Virus genome (UHGV): UHGV-1376965
DNA: 64,000 nucleotides
Strand: one strand, 5' to 3'
Origin: a virus
This document shows positions 51,440 to 61,212 of this stretch, in pieces; within the stretch, counting starts at the first letter, position 1; every line of letters begins with the position of its first letter. The notes beneath the pieces are model-generated. The model did no database searches. It had not been told where the DNA came from and saw only the letters and a list, made by a program, of their open reading frames with translations. Position numbers and translations under genes: made by a program.

Positions 51440-52170
51440 AATTTTCCAAATTTTCTGAGTTGGTGAATCGTATTTTGTCCAACAACCACAGCCATCGTCG
51501 CGATATGGATGTAACAATCGTTGTTCATTCGCCTGGCAGCATTGGTTCAACACCTTCAGTTGAGGTTCAGTCAATTCACGCTGGTTTTGATTGGGATTCC
51601 GGGAAAGTGCTTATTTTCCCATCACAGCCACTGACCACGCTAACACCAGAACAGATTACTGATATCACTGATAGTGTGCGCAAAGGTCAGTCTTGGCACG
51701 CATATCAGGAATACAAGAAGCATCAAGAGCAGTTGGAAAAATTGTCGATTGAACTGGATGCCGCAAAACAGCGCATTGCAGAGCTGGAGGGTAATCGCAC
51801 GGCGCTGGCAGTGGAGAATGAGCTGGCTCGTAAGGCAGTTCAGGCATTCTGCGATGTTGTTGGCGACAACACCGAGGTTATCGCTGAGGTGGTTGGGCGA
51901 GATGGCGTTCTGGTTATTTTGGAGGCCATGAAGGCAACAGGAAATATGCCAGCCACCGATGCTTTCCTGGCTGAAGTGCGGGCGCAGGGGGTGGATGCTG
52001 CTATAGAAGCTGCAAAAAATCTGGTGGCCCAAGAATATGAGTATAAGGATTTCAAAGCGGCGCAGAGTGATTGCTGTATGTACCCTGGTTCAGACCTGGT
52101 AGGGAAGGTTGAAATGACTGAGTGGTTAGTTGACTTTGCTGCCCAGCTTCGCAAAGGAGGCAACCAGTGA
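51436..52170 (+). CDS. Ea22-like modular protein, paralog
   Basis: Shares the ATDAFLAEVRA block and coiled segment with 50448..51152. Confidence 0.5.
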   Translation: MKFSKFSELVNRILSNNHSHRRDMDVTIVVHSPGSIGSTPSVEVQSIHAGFDWDSGKVLIFPSQPLTTLTPEQITDITDSVRKGQSWHAYQEYKKHQEQLEKLSIELDAAKQRIAELEGNRTALAVENELARKAVQAFCDVVGDNTEVIAEVVGRDGVLVILEAMKATGNMPATDAFLAEVRAQGVDAAIEAAKNLVAQEYEYKDFKAAQSDCCMYPGSDLVGKVEMTEWLVDFAAQLRKGGNQ

Positions 52171-52919
52171 GCGAAATTAATTACCAGGCACTGCGTGAGG
52201 TGGCGGAACGTGCAATTCCAGCAATGGAACGCCTGTTAATGTTGCCAGCTGATGATGATTTGTTAAGTGAACAGGAACTTAAAGATTACGGTGTGGATAT
52301 TGATGCGCTCAACGCCTTCAAATTTCTGGCCGGACCAGAAACCGTGCTGGCGCTTCTGGATGAACGGGAAAGAAACCAGCAATACATCAAACGCCGCGAC
52401 CAGGAGAACGAGGAAATTGCGCTAACGGTAGGGAAGCTGAGAGTTGAGCTTGAGGAAGTAAAACAACACGCTGAAGAATTATCCGAAACCAAGGCTGTTC
52501 GTAACCAATGGCGGCCAGATATTTGCCCAATAACCGGACGTGCATTTTTCATGTGGATTGAGCATCCAACATTGGGAAATGTGCCGACATATGGTGGCCC
52601 ATTAGATAGTTACACCATTCCAACAAAGGACGGTGACGGTGAGTTTTCATGTGAGCGTTACGATCATGATTTTGGCGGTTGGGTAGAAAGCGAATGTCTT
52701 GGGTTATATCTGATTGATGATAGAGAACAATGCAGGGTCTACGAACTGGAGGAACGCGTTAAGGAACTGGATGCTCGGGAAATATCGCTCCCGGAACGTA
52801 GCAGCATGCTTCATCGAACAGATTTTCACGATGATTACCAAACGGTAATGGCATACAAAGTTTCTGAAGTCATCGATGCAATCCGCGCCGCAGGCATTCG
52901 CATCAAAGGAGGTGAGTAA
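52167..52919 (+). CDS. Hypothetical protein with Ea22-like N-terminus
   Basis: N-terminal EINYQALREVAERA shared with the paralogs; overlap-coupled. Confidence 0.5.
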   Translation: MSEINYQALREVAERAIPAMERLLMLPADDDLLSEQELKDYGVDIDALNAFKFLAGPETVLALLDERERNQQYIKRRDQENEEIALTVGKLRVELEEVKQHAEELSETKAVRNQWRPDICPITGRAFFMWIEHPTLGNVPTYGGPLDSYTIPTKDGDGEFSCERYDHDFGGWVESECLGLYLIDDREQCRVYELEERVKELDAREISLPERSSMLHRTDFHDDYQTVMAYKVSEVIDAIRAAGIRIKGGE

Positions 52920-53264
52920 TGCGTGTGGCATGTATCGGCTTGTTACCGTACCCGACTCGTTTTTGGGCTTCTGCGCTAATTGCAAAGCCGTATGTCCTGA
53001 TGGCTGACAACATCATCCCGGCACCAAAGCGCCGCCATACCGGTATTGCAGCGGCACGACGAGCAGCAAAGAGACGCAGGAGAGCAAAGCGATGAAAAAC
53101 CGTAAGGCAAAACGACTTTTTTTACAGCGACCTGTGCGTGTGGTGGAGCTGGTTATTAGCAACCATAAGATAGCGGTACTCCATCCATTTGGTCAGGTGG
53201 CTTTTGCCGCAAAGCGTAAGCCTACTGCGTCACAGAACAGGCGGAAGAAAGGGTACGCTGTAAG

Positions 53265-53453
53265 ATGAAAAACCGTAAAGCAAAGATTCTGTTAGTTCGT
53301 AGAAACGCTCCTGGCGTCTGGCAGTGGGTGAGACTCAGCAACCGACGGATGGGGTTGATGAAATATTACGGGATGATGGATTGTGGTTTTTGCAAAAAGC
53401 CCAGCGCGGCGCAAAACCGCTGGAAAAACCACTTGCGCACTAAAGGAGAGTGA
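53265..53453 (+). CDS. Small basic protein, one of two tandem MKNRKAK paralogs (the other at about 53092..53268)
   Basis: Both begin MKNRKAK and are Arg/Lys-rich. Confidence 0.35.
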   Translation: MKNRKAKILLVRRNAPGVWQWVRLSNRRMGLMKYYGMMDCGFCKKPSAAQNRWKNHLRTKGE

Positions 53454-53454
53454 T

Positions 53455-53970
53455 ATGGCGTTAACACACCGCGAACTCTGTCAGATTGCGTATAAGTTCC
53501 TTAAGCGCAACGGGTTCAAGGTTTGTTTTCATGACCGCTTTATAGCTGTAACCAGTACCGGAGAACAGCCAGATGCTATGGGATTCAGAAATTCAGCATC
53601 ATGCCTGATAGAGGCGAAGTGTTCTCGTGCTGACTTGTTGGCAGATAGAAAAAAGCGTTTTCGTAAAAATCCGTCTCTTGGAATGGGCGACTGGCGATTC
53701 TTTATTAGTGAGCCGGGAATTATTTCAATTGAGGATTTACCACCTGGCTGGGGATTACTTCACGTTGTTAACGGAAGAGTACGGAAAGTACATGGGTGGC
53801 CCAAGGGTAATTGCTGTTGGGGTAATCCTGACGATAAGCCATTTACTGGAAATAAGCAGGTTGAATGCGATTACATGTTATCTGCATTAAGGCGAATGGA
53901 GTTGAGAGGGCACCTTAATGAAATATATGACGGTGTAATTGTTAATAAGAAAGAAGGAAACGCGGCATGA
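53455..53970 (+). CDS. Hypothetical protein, possible PD-(D/E)XK-like fold
   Basis: AAAGGAGA ribosome-binding site; D ... E-A-K pattern (DAMGF ... CLIEAKC). Confidence 0.45.
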   Translation: MALTHRELCQIAYKFLKRNGFKVCFHDRFIAVTSTGEQPDAMGFRNSASCLIEAKCSRADLLADRKKRFRKNPSLGMGDWRFFISEPGIISIEDLPPGWGLLHVVNGRVRKVHGWPKGNCCWGNPDDKPFTGNKQVECDYMLSALRRMELRGHLNEIYDGVIVNKKEGNAA

Positions 53971-54788
53971 CCACTATTACCAAAGAGCGACTGCTGACAA
54001 TCAAGCAGTGGCGCGAAACATACGGACCTGGTAGCAACGTTGTACTGCCAGCAGAAGAAGCGGAAGAACTGGCACGAATTGCTCTGGCATCGTTGGCAGC
54101 AGAGTCTGTGTCAGTAAACGACGACATGGCTTACGCATTCCATCATGCACTGTCAGATTCATCTCTAGGTGCTGATGAGGTAGAGGAAATTAAGACTGGG
54201 TTGCGTGCTGCCTTTGCCAACGTCACTATCCAACCAGAGCCGGTAGTGCCGGATGAAATCGCGTTAGCAATTGAAAATCTTAAGCAGAAGTTAGTGGAAT
54301 GCAATCGCTATAACTACTGTGCAGATGCAGTTAAAGGCGTAGAGGATGCCTGCCGTGCTGTTAGCTATAGCCAAGCCGACAATCAGCCAGCATCTGGCAA
54401 CCAGGCTGCCGAATCCAATCGCGATAATGAGTGGACTGGCAATCCTGATATTGATAACGCCATCATCATGCTCGACCGCATAGATACGCTGGAAAATTGC
54501 GATGATGACCGTATTGAGGCTGTTAAGGCTGTTTTGCGTAGACTGGCTGGCAACTATCCGGTAATTCCGGATGGTTGGATAAGCTGTAGTGAGCGAATGC
54601 CTGAGAACATTCCCGGAAGTTGTAAAGAGTATCTGGTGTTTGATGGGCTTAATAATAAAGTTCATCACGATTACTGGGTTGTCCCTGATGGAGACAGTGC
54701 GCCAGTTGCGTCGTTCTGGAATCATTACGGGGCACATGTAACTCACTGGATGCCTCTACCAGAACCGCCGCAGGAGGTGAATCAATGA
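53967..54788 (+). CDS. DUF551-like domain protein
   Basis: C-terminal LVFDG ... HYGAHVTHWMPLPEPP typical of DUF551 phage proteins. Confidence 0.55.
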   Translation: MTTITKERLLTIKQWRETYGPGSNVVLPAEEAEELARIALASLAAESVSVNDDMAYAFHHALSDSSLGADEVEEIKTGLRAAFANVTIQPEPVVPDEIALAIENLKQKLVECNRYNYCADAVKGVEDACRAVSYSQADNQPASGNQAAESNRDNEWTGNPDIDNAIIMLDRIDTLENCDDDRIEAVKAVLRRLAGNYPVIPDGWISCSERMPENIPGSCKEYLVFDGLNNKVHHDYWVVPDGDSAPVASFWNHYGAHVTHWMPLPEPPQEVNQ

Positions 54789-54870
54789 GCTGGCCTGAAG
54801 CATTCACCACGGTAGGAATTGTGATGGCGGCAGCACTGGGTTTGTATTCAATTTGTCGCTGGTGGTAACG

Positions 54871-55104
54871 ATGGGAAAAATAACTTTTGTAGTCGAATTT
54901 GAGGATGGCAAAGAGCCACCTGTTAGCGCCAATCTTGATGTTGCTGGTGGCAGGCTTGTTTCGGTTCTATTTGGTGACTACCGAGATGACTTCTTCCAAC
55001 CAGAAGAAGTTGATGTAGTGCGAGAGGCATTAAACGAGTTAAGTGTTGATAACGATGATGCTCATGCGGAAATCATCCAAAAAATGGAACTGCTAACTCA
55101 CTAA
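54871..55104 (+). CDS. Small acidic hypothetical protein
   Basis: About 77 aa from MGKITFVVEFEDG. Confidence 0.4.
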   Translation: MGKITFVVEFEDGKEPPVSANLDVAGGRLVSVLFGDYRDDFFQPEEVDVVREALNELSVDNDDAHAEIIQKMELLTH

Positions 55105-55282
55105 ATTATCAATTATGGTGCTATCACCTACGACACCGAGAGAAAATTTATAATGTCAAAAGTAAATGTTTTGATTTTTTCAGCAATTGTTGGCTTTGGT
55201 TTTACTGCCGGAGTGCAGATTTATATTACGTGGGAAAAAATCATCAACTACGCATGGAGTTGTTTTATTAAGTGAGGTAAGT

Positions 55283-55576
55283 ATGTGGAGAGGTAATAGT
55301 CATGGCAAAAGCCAGATGATACTTACCGAATATCAGTTTGACCATAAAACCAATAAATCACGTTCAGTATATTTGCTTCGGCACAATAGCCGCGTAAGGA
55401 ATACCGTGCTGGAGCAAAATCTGACTGTTGAAATAGATAATTACGGGGGCTTCAAGCCAACAATTTCGCTTGATGATTTTCCTCGTGGTTTAAGCGAAAG
55501 AGAAGCAATGCTGAAATTAGCAGAATGGCTACAAAGATTAAGCATTGCTATTGAAGATAACTGGTCTGAACCTTAA
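55283..55576 (+). CDS. Hypothetical protein
   Basis: About 97 aa from MWRGNSHGK; AT-rich. Confidence 0.4.
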   Translation: MWRGNSHGKSQMILTEYQFDHKTNKSRSVYLLRHNSRVRNTVLEQNLTVEIDNYGGFKPTISLDDFPRGLSEREAMLKLAEWLQRLSIAIEDNWSEP

Positions 55577-55582
55577 ATTTAT

Positions 55583-55957
55583 ATGATGACACTAAAACAT
55601 TTTCTTGACCGCCCATTATGGGCGGCAGCCGCAGGCTATGACTTTAATTATATGGATTGCATGTCTTATACCGCCAATGCATACGACTATTCCTTCAGTC
55701 TGCTGCTTAATTCTTTAAGAATATTGCCGCAAACAGAAGTTGGAGAGCTTCATTTATGGCTATTGGGCTTTATCGCGGCTGGAGTTGGTATTGCTGTATG
55801 GCCTTTTATTTTCTGGCTGGTGGCTGTTGTAGTGTGGTTTAAGTGCAAGACGTACCGGAGAAAGTATTTCTTAGGTGATGGAATGACTGATATTGCCAAA
55901 ATGAACATTGAAAAATGGACTAAGGAATGTGAAAAGAAATGGCGCAAAAAGAAATGA
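55583..55957 (+). CDS. Membrane protein
   Basis: 124 aa with a long hydrophobic stretch (LWLLGFIAAGVGIAVWPFIFWLVAVVVWF). Confidence 0.5.
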   Translation: MMTLKHFLDRPLWAAAAGYDFNYMDCMSYTANAYDYSFSLLLNSLRILPQTEVGELHLWLLGFIAAGVGIAVWPFIFWLVAVVVWFKCKTYRRKYFLGDGMTDIAKMNIEKWTKECEKKWRKKK

Positions 55958-56871
55958 CCAGAATCACTGAAGAGCGTATATCAGAGATTATTTCCCGTAT
56001 CGAAATGTATGGTCACGGTGCTGGATATACGGCAGATGAAGTATTGGCACTTGCCCAAATGGCTTTGGCGGCTTGCAAAGATGATAAAAAAATGAAGTTT
56101 ATCGACTTGTTAGTGAAGGAACTGCCTAAGTGCGGCGGGTGGCCTGATGGAATGAGTTATTGTTACCTACCCAGTGTCAATTTAATGGCACCATGCGCGA
56201 CTTTTGCTTTTGGCTCAGACCACAAAAAAGACACTTTCTTTGGGCGCAATTTTTGTTGTGAGATTGAGCTTCCAATTGGTGACCTTGATAGCGATGAATA
56301 CCAGTCAGTTGTCACTCGCGAACAATACGAATCAGCTCTCATAGCGTCGCAGAAAGTCGAGTTCAATGGTGATGAACTTGAAAGTAAGACTTACAGGTTG
56401 GATTTTGGGCAATGGCTGGAACAGCAACGCGGGAAAATCGATGTGGACTGTGGTTGTGTGTCCACTGAAACATTCATGCACTGGCTGCGGGTAGCTTACG
56501 AGGCTGGCAACTATCCGGATATTCCGGATAGTTCGGTGCCAGCACCAGGAAAGGGCGTCACCGGTGAACGTATCCGAATTAAGCCGCATGTTTATCGCGA
56601 ACTGGTTAACCGTCTCCACGATACAGCGATCAAGTGTGCTGGCACCCAGCAATTACGAGAAAGAATTAGCCGTGTTTTGGGCGACGTTATTACACCAGAT
56701 CATCATAAACAAGCCGAGAAAAGTGGCCTGGAAAGGTGTCACCTTGAGGCGGCATTAAACATTAAGCCGGGGCATACGCTTGGCATTATTGATGCACTAT
56801 TGGTTCATAAGATGGCCAGGGCTTTATTGCCGCTGGTGGATGCTGGCGATACAAGCGAGGGTGAAGTATGA
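55939..56871 (+). CDS. Hypothetical protein
   Basis: 310-aa ORF, overlap-coupled. Confidence 0.5.
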   Translation: MAQKEMTRITEERISEIISRIEMYGHGAGYTADEVLALAQMALAACKDDKKMKFIDLLVKELPKCGGWPDGMSYCYLPSVNLMAPCATFAFGSDHKKDTFFGRNFCCEIELPIGDLDSDEYQSVVTREQYESALIASQKVEFNGDELESKTYRLDFGQWLEQQRGKIDVDCGCVSTETFMHWLRVAYEAGNYPDIPDSSVPAPGKGVTGERIRIKPHVYRELVNRLHDTAIKCAGTQQLRERISRVLGDVITPDHHKQAEKSGLERCHLEAALNIKPGHTLGIIDALLVHKMARALLPLVDAGDTSEGEV

Positions 56872-57230
56872 GAGTTGCAGATCACATCAAACACCTTGAA
56901 AGAATTATCGAAAACGGTGAACTCTTAAGAGATCAGATGAGACGCACGGCAGAAGTCAGAGAGGCGATAATCCGCAGTCAGGCTGGTAAATTAAAGCAAT
57001 TATCAGAGATTAACGCGCTATACAAGAACAGACGTAACCGGGCGGCGCTGCGGCTTCAGAAAGCACGTAATGAAATTAAATTGGTGGAGGCAAAACTGAA
57101 AAAACAGATTCAGCGTTACGATCAGCAAGATGCTTTTTATGCCGCCATCAAGGCGGCTGCTAATGAAATAGGCATCTGGAAGTTGCTGGTGGAGAAAGCA
57201 AAGACGAAGTTAAATGCCAACGAAAGCTGA
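56868..57230 (+). CDS. Coiled-coil hypothetical protein
   Basis: 120 aa, charged helical. Confidence 0.5.
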   Translation: MRVADHIKHLERIIENGELLRDQMRRTAEVREAIIRSQAGKLKQLSEINALYKNRRNRAALRLQKARNEIKLVEAKLKKQIQRYDQQDAFYAAIKAAANEIGIWKLLVEKAKTKLNANES

Positions 57231-57295
57231 ACTACAGGTACCCACCAGCACATACAGAAAATGATTGTTTCCACATCAAGGAGATTTTAATGTTT

Positions 57296-57433
57296 CACTG
57301 AACATTAAGTAAGCCAGTGCATAATTCCATTTTTTACTGACCTTAAAAGCAAAATCAAAACGATGATGAGGATGATCGCCAGAATCTGGCTAATAACAGG
57401 CGCATCTAAAAATGCACTCAGGAACTGAAAAAA
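57296..57433 (-). CDS. 45-aa hydrophobic peptide, convergent with the upstream operon
   Basis: MTAFFQFLSAFLDAPVISQILAIILIIVLILLLRSVKNGIMHWLT; below the ORF-track cutoff. Confidence 0.35.
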
Positions 57434-57894
57434 AGCAGTCATTAAGGTGGTTCCTTGTCAAATGTAAAGGAGCACTTGCTCACGTTGACGTAGAAACCCA
57501 ACCCCTATATAGTTGGATTCGGTGAAAGAAAGTCGTTAACGTGAGCTTACGGCACATGTTTTCGGAACAACATCAGGGAACGGCTAATTCCTTGATGCGG
57601 ATGGGGTCTGTAATGCAGACCCTATCTATTAACGTCATGATTGCATCTCAAATTTTCTCCTTATCTTCATTAATCAAAATTCATTTCATTTGTGAAACAT
57701 CACAATATTTAGAAAATGGCCCTCTTGCAAGTGCATAACTTTGTGGATAAATCAGGAAGAAAAAAGTTGATTCTGCGCACGGCAAGGCAGATAAGCTGTG
57801 CACAAAAATCAATGGGAAAAGAAAAAAAATTAAAAGTTACTTTGCTGGTTAAATAATAGTCGTTACGCAATTGTTCTGGATGGGATTTGATATG

Positions 57895-58143
57895 CACGAT
57901 TGGAATATTGCAGCTAAAAGTCAGGAAGAACGGGATAAGGTTAACGTTGATCTGGCTGCCAGCGGTGTGGCGTACAAAGAGCGATTGAACATACCTGTCA
58001 TAGCTGAACAGGTAGCCCGCGAGCAACCAGAGAATCTGCGCACCTATTTCATGGAACGGTTACGGCACTATCGGCAGTTAAGCCTCCAGTTGCCAAAAGG
58101 GAGCGATCCGGTGTATCAGAACGAGGATGCACCAAAAAAATAA
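57895..58143 (+). CDS. hot: Homolog of DNA polymerase III theta subunit (HolE-like)
   Basis: [39 protein letters not shown] closely parallels E. coli theta. Confidence 0.8.
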   Translation, partial: HDWNIAAKSQEERDKVNVDLAASGVAYKERLNIPVIAEQVAREQPENLRTYFMERLRHYRQLSLQLPKGSDPVYQNEDAPKK

Positions 58144-58228
58144 CGGCAAGATGGGGGAGAAATGTGATTAGCCCCCAGCGTGGCGCGCCTACAAACCCCG
58201 CTTTCACAAACTATGCCTTTTCAATGTA

Positions 58229-58248
58229 TACTGTATGAATAAACAGTA
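58229..58248 (+). promoter_or_regulatory. LexA box (SOS operator) upstream of humD
   Basis: TACTGTATGAATAAACAGTA matches CTGT-N8-ACAG. Confidence 0.8.
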
Positions 58249-58266
58249 TCATTGAGGTAAAACGCT

Positions 58267-58656
58267 ATGGGCTTCCCTTCTCCTGCGGCGGATTATGTTG
58301 AAAGCCGAATTTCTCTTGATCAGCAGATAATTAGACATCCTTCAGCGACCTACTTCATGCGGGCAGCTGATAGCCATCACCGTGAGGGAATATTGCAGGG
58401 TGCTTTGCTGGTGGTTGATTCCTCGCTTACTCCGGTTGATGGTTCTCTGCTTGTGTGCGCTATGGAGGGTGAATATCGCATAAAGAGATACAGGAAGTAT
58501 CCGCGCCAGCACCTGGAGGATTTAAGCACCGGGAAGAAAGAGGCGTTACCAGTAGATGACGATGGATACACGGGCAGTAATGCTGTTTTTGGTGTGATCA
58601 CTCATGTCATCAATGATGCCCGAAGTGGGGAATTTGATGATTGTCCGGTTATTTAA
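58267..58656 (+). CDS. humD: UmuD'-like protein (pre-processed UmuD homolog)
   Basis: GFPSPAADYVE ... HPSATYF ... S-K dyad region; lacks the UmuD N-terminal 24 aa. Confidence 0.85.
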   Translation: MGFPSPAADYVESRISLDQQIIRHPSATYFMRAADSHHREGILQGALLVVDSSLTPVDGSLLVCAMEGEYRIKRYRKYPRQHLEDLSTGKKEALPVDDDGYTGSNAVFGVITHVINDARSGEFDDCPVI

Positions 58657-58728
58657 GCTGCAAAGTGCTGGTGCTTTATGCCTGTGAAGTTTATAATTGT
58701 GTACACATAACGAGTACACGAGGTGTTT

Positions 58729-58950
58729 ATGCAATCCATTAACTTCCGTACCGCGCGTGGCAACCTTTCTGAAGTGCTCAACAATGTTGAAGCCGGGGAA
58801 GAGGTTGAAATCACCCGCAGAGGCCGTGAGCCAGCAGTAATTGTCAGCAAGGCTACTTTCGAAGCCTACAAAAAAGCGGCGCTGGATGCTGAATTTGCAT
58901 CCCTGTTTGACACCCTGGACTCCACCAACAAGGAACTGGTTAACCGATAA
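58729..58950 (+). CDS. phd: Phd antitoxin
   Basis: [39 protein letters not shown] matches my recollection of P1 Phd. Confidence 0.9.
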
Positions 58951-59330
58951 TGAGGCATATATCACCGGAAGAACTTATTGCGCTTCATGATGCGAATATA
59001 AGCCGCTACGGCGGCCTGCCGGGAATGTCTGATCCGGGTAGGGCAGAGGCCATTATCGGGAGAGTTCAGGCCAGAGTTGCCTACGAAGAGATCACCGACC
59101 TTTTCGAAGTCTCCGCCACCTACCTGGTGGCTACAGCGAGAGGGCATATATTCAATGATGCCAATAAGCGTACCGCGCTAAACAGTGCGCTGCTATTTCT
59201 ACGCCGTAACGGGGTGCAGGTATTTGATTCACCTGAACTGGCAGACCTTACTGTAGGCGCTGCGACTGGCGAGATATCTGTATCTTCTGTCGCCGACACG
59301 TTACGTAGATTGTATGGTTCTGCGGAGTAG
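58950..59330 (+). CDS. doc: Doc toxin (Fic-fold kinase)
   Basis: 126 aa; Fic-like [11 protein letters not shown]; start overlaps the phd stop. Confidence 0.9.
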
Positions 59331-59334
59331 ATTA

Positions 59335-59514
59335 ATGGCACGCAAATACAACAAATTGTCCCGTGAAGCGTTAAAGATGCTTCTTGATGGCGTGAGTCGC
59401 CGCAAGGTAAAGCAATACCTGGTTGGTAAGCAAATTGGAGTCAGGACCGCTATTGCTGTGTTATGCCGTCAGGAAATGGTTGTGCTTAAACAGAGAATGC
59501 CGGGCAGCAGATAA
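59335..59514 (+). CDS. Small basic protein
   Basis: About 59 aa from MARKYNKLSREALKM. Confidence 0.4.
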   Translation: MARKYNKLSREALKMLLDGVSRRKVKQYLVGKQIGVRTAIAVLCRQEMVVLKQRMPGSR

Positions 59515-59541
59515 AGCCCAATCAGTGATTAAAGGTGTGAT

Positions 59542-60585
59542 GTGAAAGCCGTAATTACTCCCTTTGTACAGAAAGAGCTTGGCCTCGCCACGTTCAAAGT
59601 GGATCAGGAGGTCAGAAAGCTGGTGGAGGCTGGCCGTAAATTTATTATGGAGCCGGTGCCGCGTGAGTTAATCGAGCACATGGAAGACGGCCTCGTTGTT
59701 ACCGAGCAAACCATGGCAACAAATGAGGCGTTGCAGCCGTTTTTTAACAGCGATGAACTGTTTCGCCGTATTGGTGGAATTGACGCGCTGGTGGCGTGGT
59801 TGCGTAGGAAAGAGGGTCAATGCCAGGCCGCAGATCGTAGTTGGTGTGACAACCATATTGTCCACGCTGAACGAGACAATAGCGCGGTGTTGTTGTGCTG
59901 GCATCACGATAACCATTACCGGATGCGTGGTTTTAATGAGCTGAAAGAAACGCTGCACAATAATCGCGTTAACTGGATACTGGATGTCGCCCGTCAGGAA
60001 ATGGGCCTTTCAAATAGCCATGATTTAAGTATTCAGGAGCTGTGCTGGTGGGCTTTCATGCGCAACATGATGCACCTGATGCCGGAAGAAGTCTGCCGCA
60101 TATCAATAAATAAGATGAAGGCTACTCCGCAGGATAGCGGACCTCTGAAAGAGGCGGATATTCGCCCGTATGACGATCGCGCTACAGCATATGTTCAGAT
60201 GATGGAAGAACGCGCCGCGCCGATGCGTGCAAAAGTATGCCCTGTGGATGTTGACGCCGACCCTGGCATGGCGCATTTCAAAATACCAAAACTTCAATCG
60301 CTAAAATTGCCCGAGTACATGGATTTTGTGGCTTCCCGTCCATGCTGTGGCTGTGGAGCTGCGGGAGCTGGCGCTCACATTACGCCTTATATCGTTCGTC
60401 ATAGTCGATTATGCGCGCATGACATTTATGCTGTTCCTCTGTGCCAGTCATGCCAGCGTGATATTGAGCGTGACCGCGATAATTGGGAGAAGACGCACGG
60501 TAGGCTGGCGATGCATCAACGATTGTTCTTTGATTACGCGCTTGGAGTCGGCGCTATCACAAGTCATTCGTCGAGCGTTAGATAA
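59542..60585 (+). CDS. Hypothetical Cys-rich protein
   Basis: 347 aa; GTG start after AAAGGTG; multiple Cys pairs in the C-terminal third. Confidence 0.5.
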   Translation: MKAVITPFVQKELGLATFKVDQEVRKLVEAGRKFIMEPVPRELIEHMEDGLVVTEQTMATNEALQPFFNSDELFRRIGGIDALVAWLRRKEGQCQAADRSWCDNHIVHAERDNSAVLLCWHHDNHYRMRGFNELKETLHNNRVNWILDVARQEMGLSNSHDLSIQELCWWAFMRNMMHLMPEEVCRISINKMKATPQDSGPLKEADIRPYDDRATAYVQMMEERAAPMRAKVCPVDVDADPGMAHFKIPKLQSLKLPEYMDFVASRPCCGCGAAGAGAHITPYIVRHSRLCAHDIYAVPLCQSCQRDIERDRDNWEKTHGRLAMHQRLFFDYALGVGAITSHSSSVR

Positions 60586-60586
60586 A

Positions 60587-60603
60587 ATTGCTCTAATGTA
60601 TTG
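60587..60603 (+). promoter_or_regulatory. C1-operator-like 17-mer upstream of the late activator gene
   Basis: ATTGCTCTAATGTATTG, 14 of 17. Confidence 0.5.
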
Positions 60604-60700
60604 CTATTTCTTTAATCGAGGGTATTATATTCGACGTTGATTAGTTGACATGGGCTAATCAGTAGGTGACAGGATGTTACTTAACTGGCAGGGACGCCAC

Positions 60701-61126
60701 TTCATGGAAATAAATCACTCACGAATAACATCGTACGAGATTGCGGATTACATGATCCGCACTAAATCTCTTCTATCAGCGAAAGATCTCGCAGCAATTC
60801 TTGAAAAGGAATACCCGCATCTGGATGTCGATAAGCGCGATGTTTATCTGCGCTTAAAGGCTATCGCTGTGTCTAAGTATTCGTCTGTTTTGATTGATGA
60901 CAGTACACGCCCACGTAGATTTCAGATCCACTCTCTGAATCCTGAATTCTTTCGCCGCAGCCGCGCTCCGCGCCGGTTTGATGAAAAACTCCAGAACGAA
61001 CTCTATATGACGCAGGACGAAAAGGAACGCCGGGAGCACCAGCCTTGGGTGATGGCGCGTCAACTTTTCAATAAGGTGGTCCGTCAGCACCGTCATTACG
61101 GTAATGCCACATCCGCACGTATCTGA
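60701..61126 (+). CDS. lpa: Late promoter activator candidate (Lpa-like position)
   Basis: About 141 aa from MEINHSRITSYEIADYMIR; sits between an operator and the terminase genes as P1 lpa does. Confidence 0.55.
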   Translation, partial: FMEINHSRITSYEIADYMIRTKSLLSAKDLAAILEKEYPHLDVDKRDVYLRLKAIAVSKYSSVLIDDSTRPRRFQIHSLNPEFFRRSRAPRRFDEKLQNELYMTQDEKERREHQPWVMARQLFNKVVRQHRHYGNATSARI

Positions 61127-61212
61127 TTGATTGCTTGCCCGTTCCGGGCCTTTTGACATGTGACTTTCGTTACCCTCGCGTCAAAAAGAGTTTTATACGA
61201 AAGGAAGCATAA

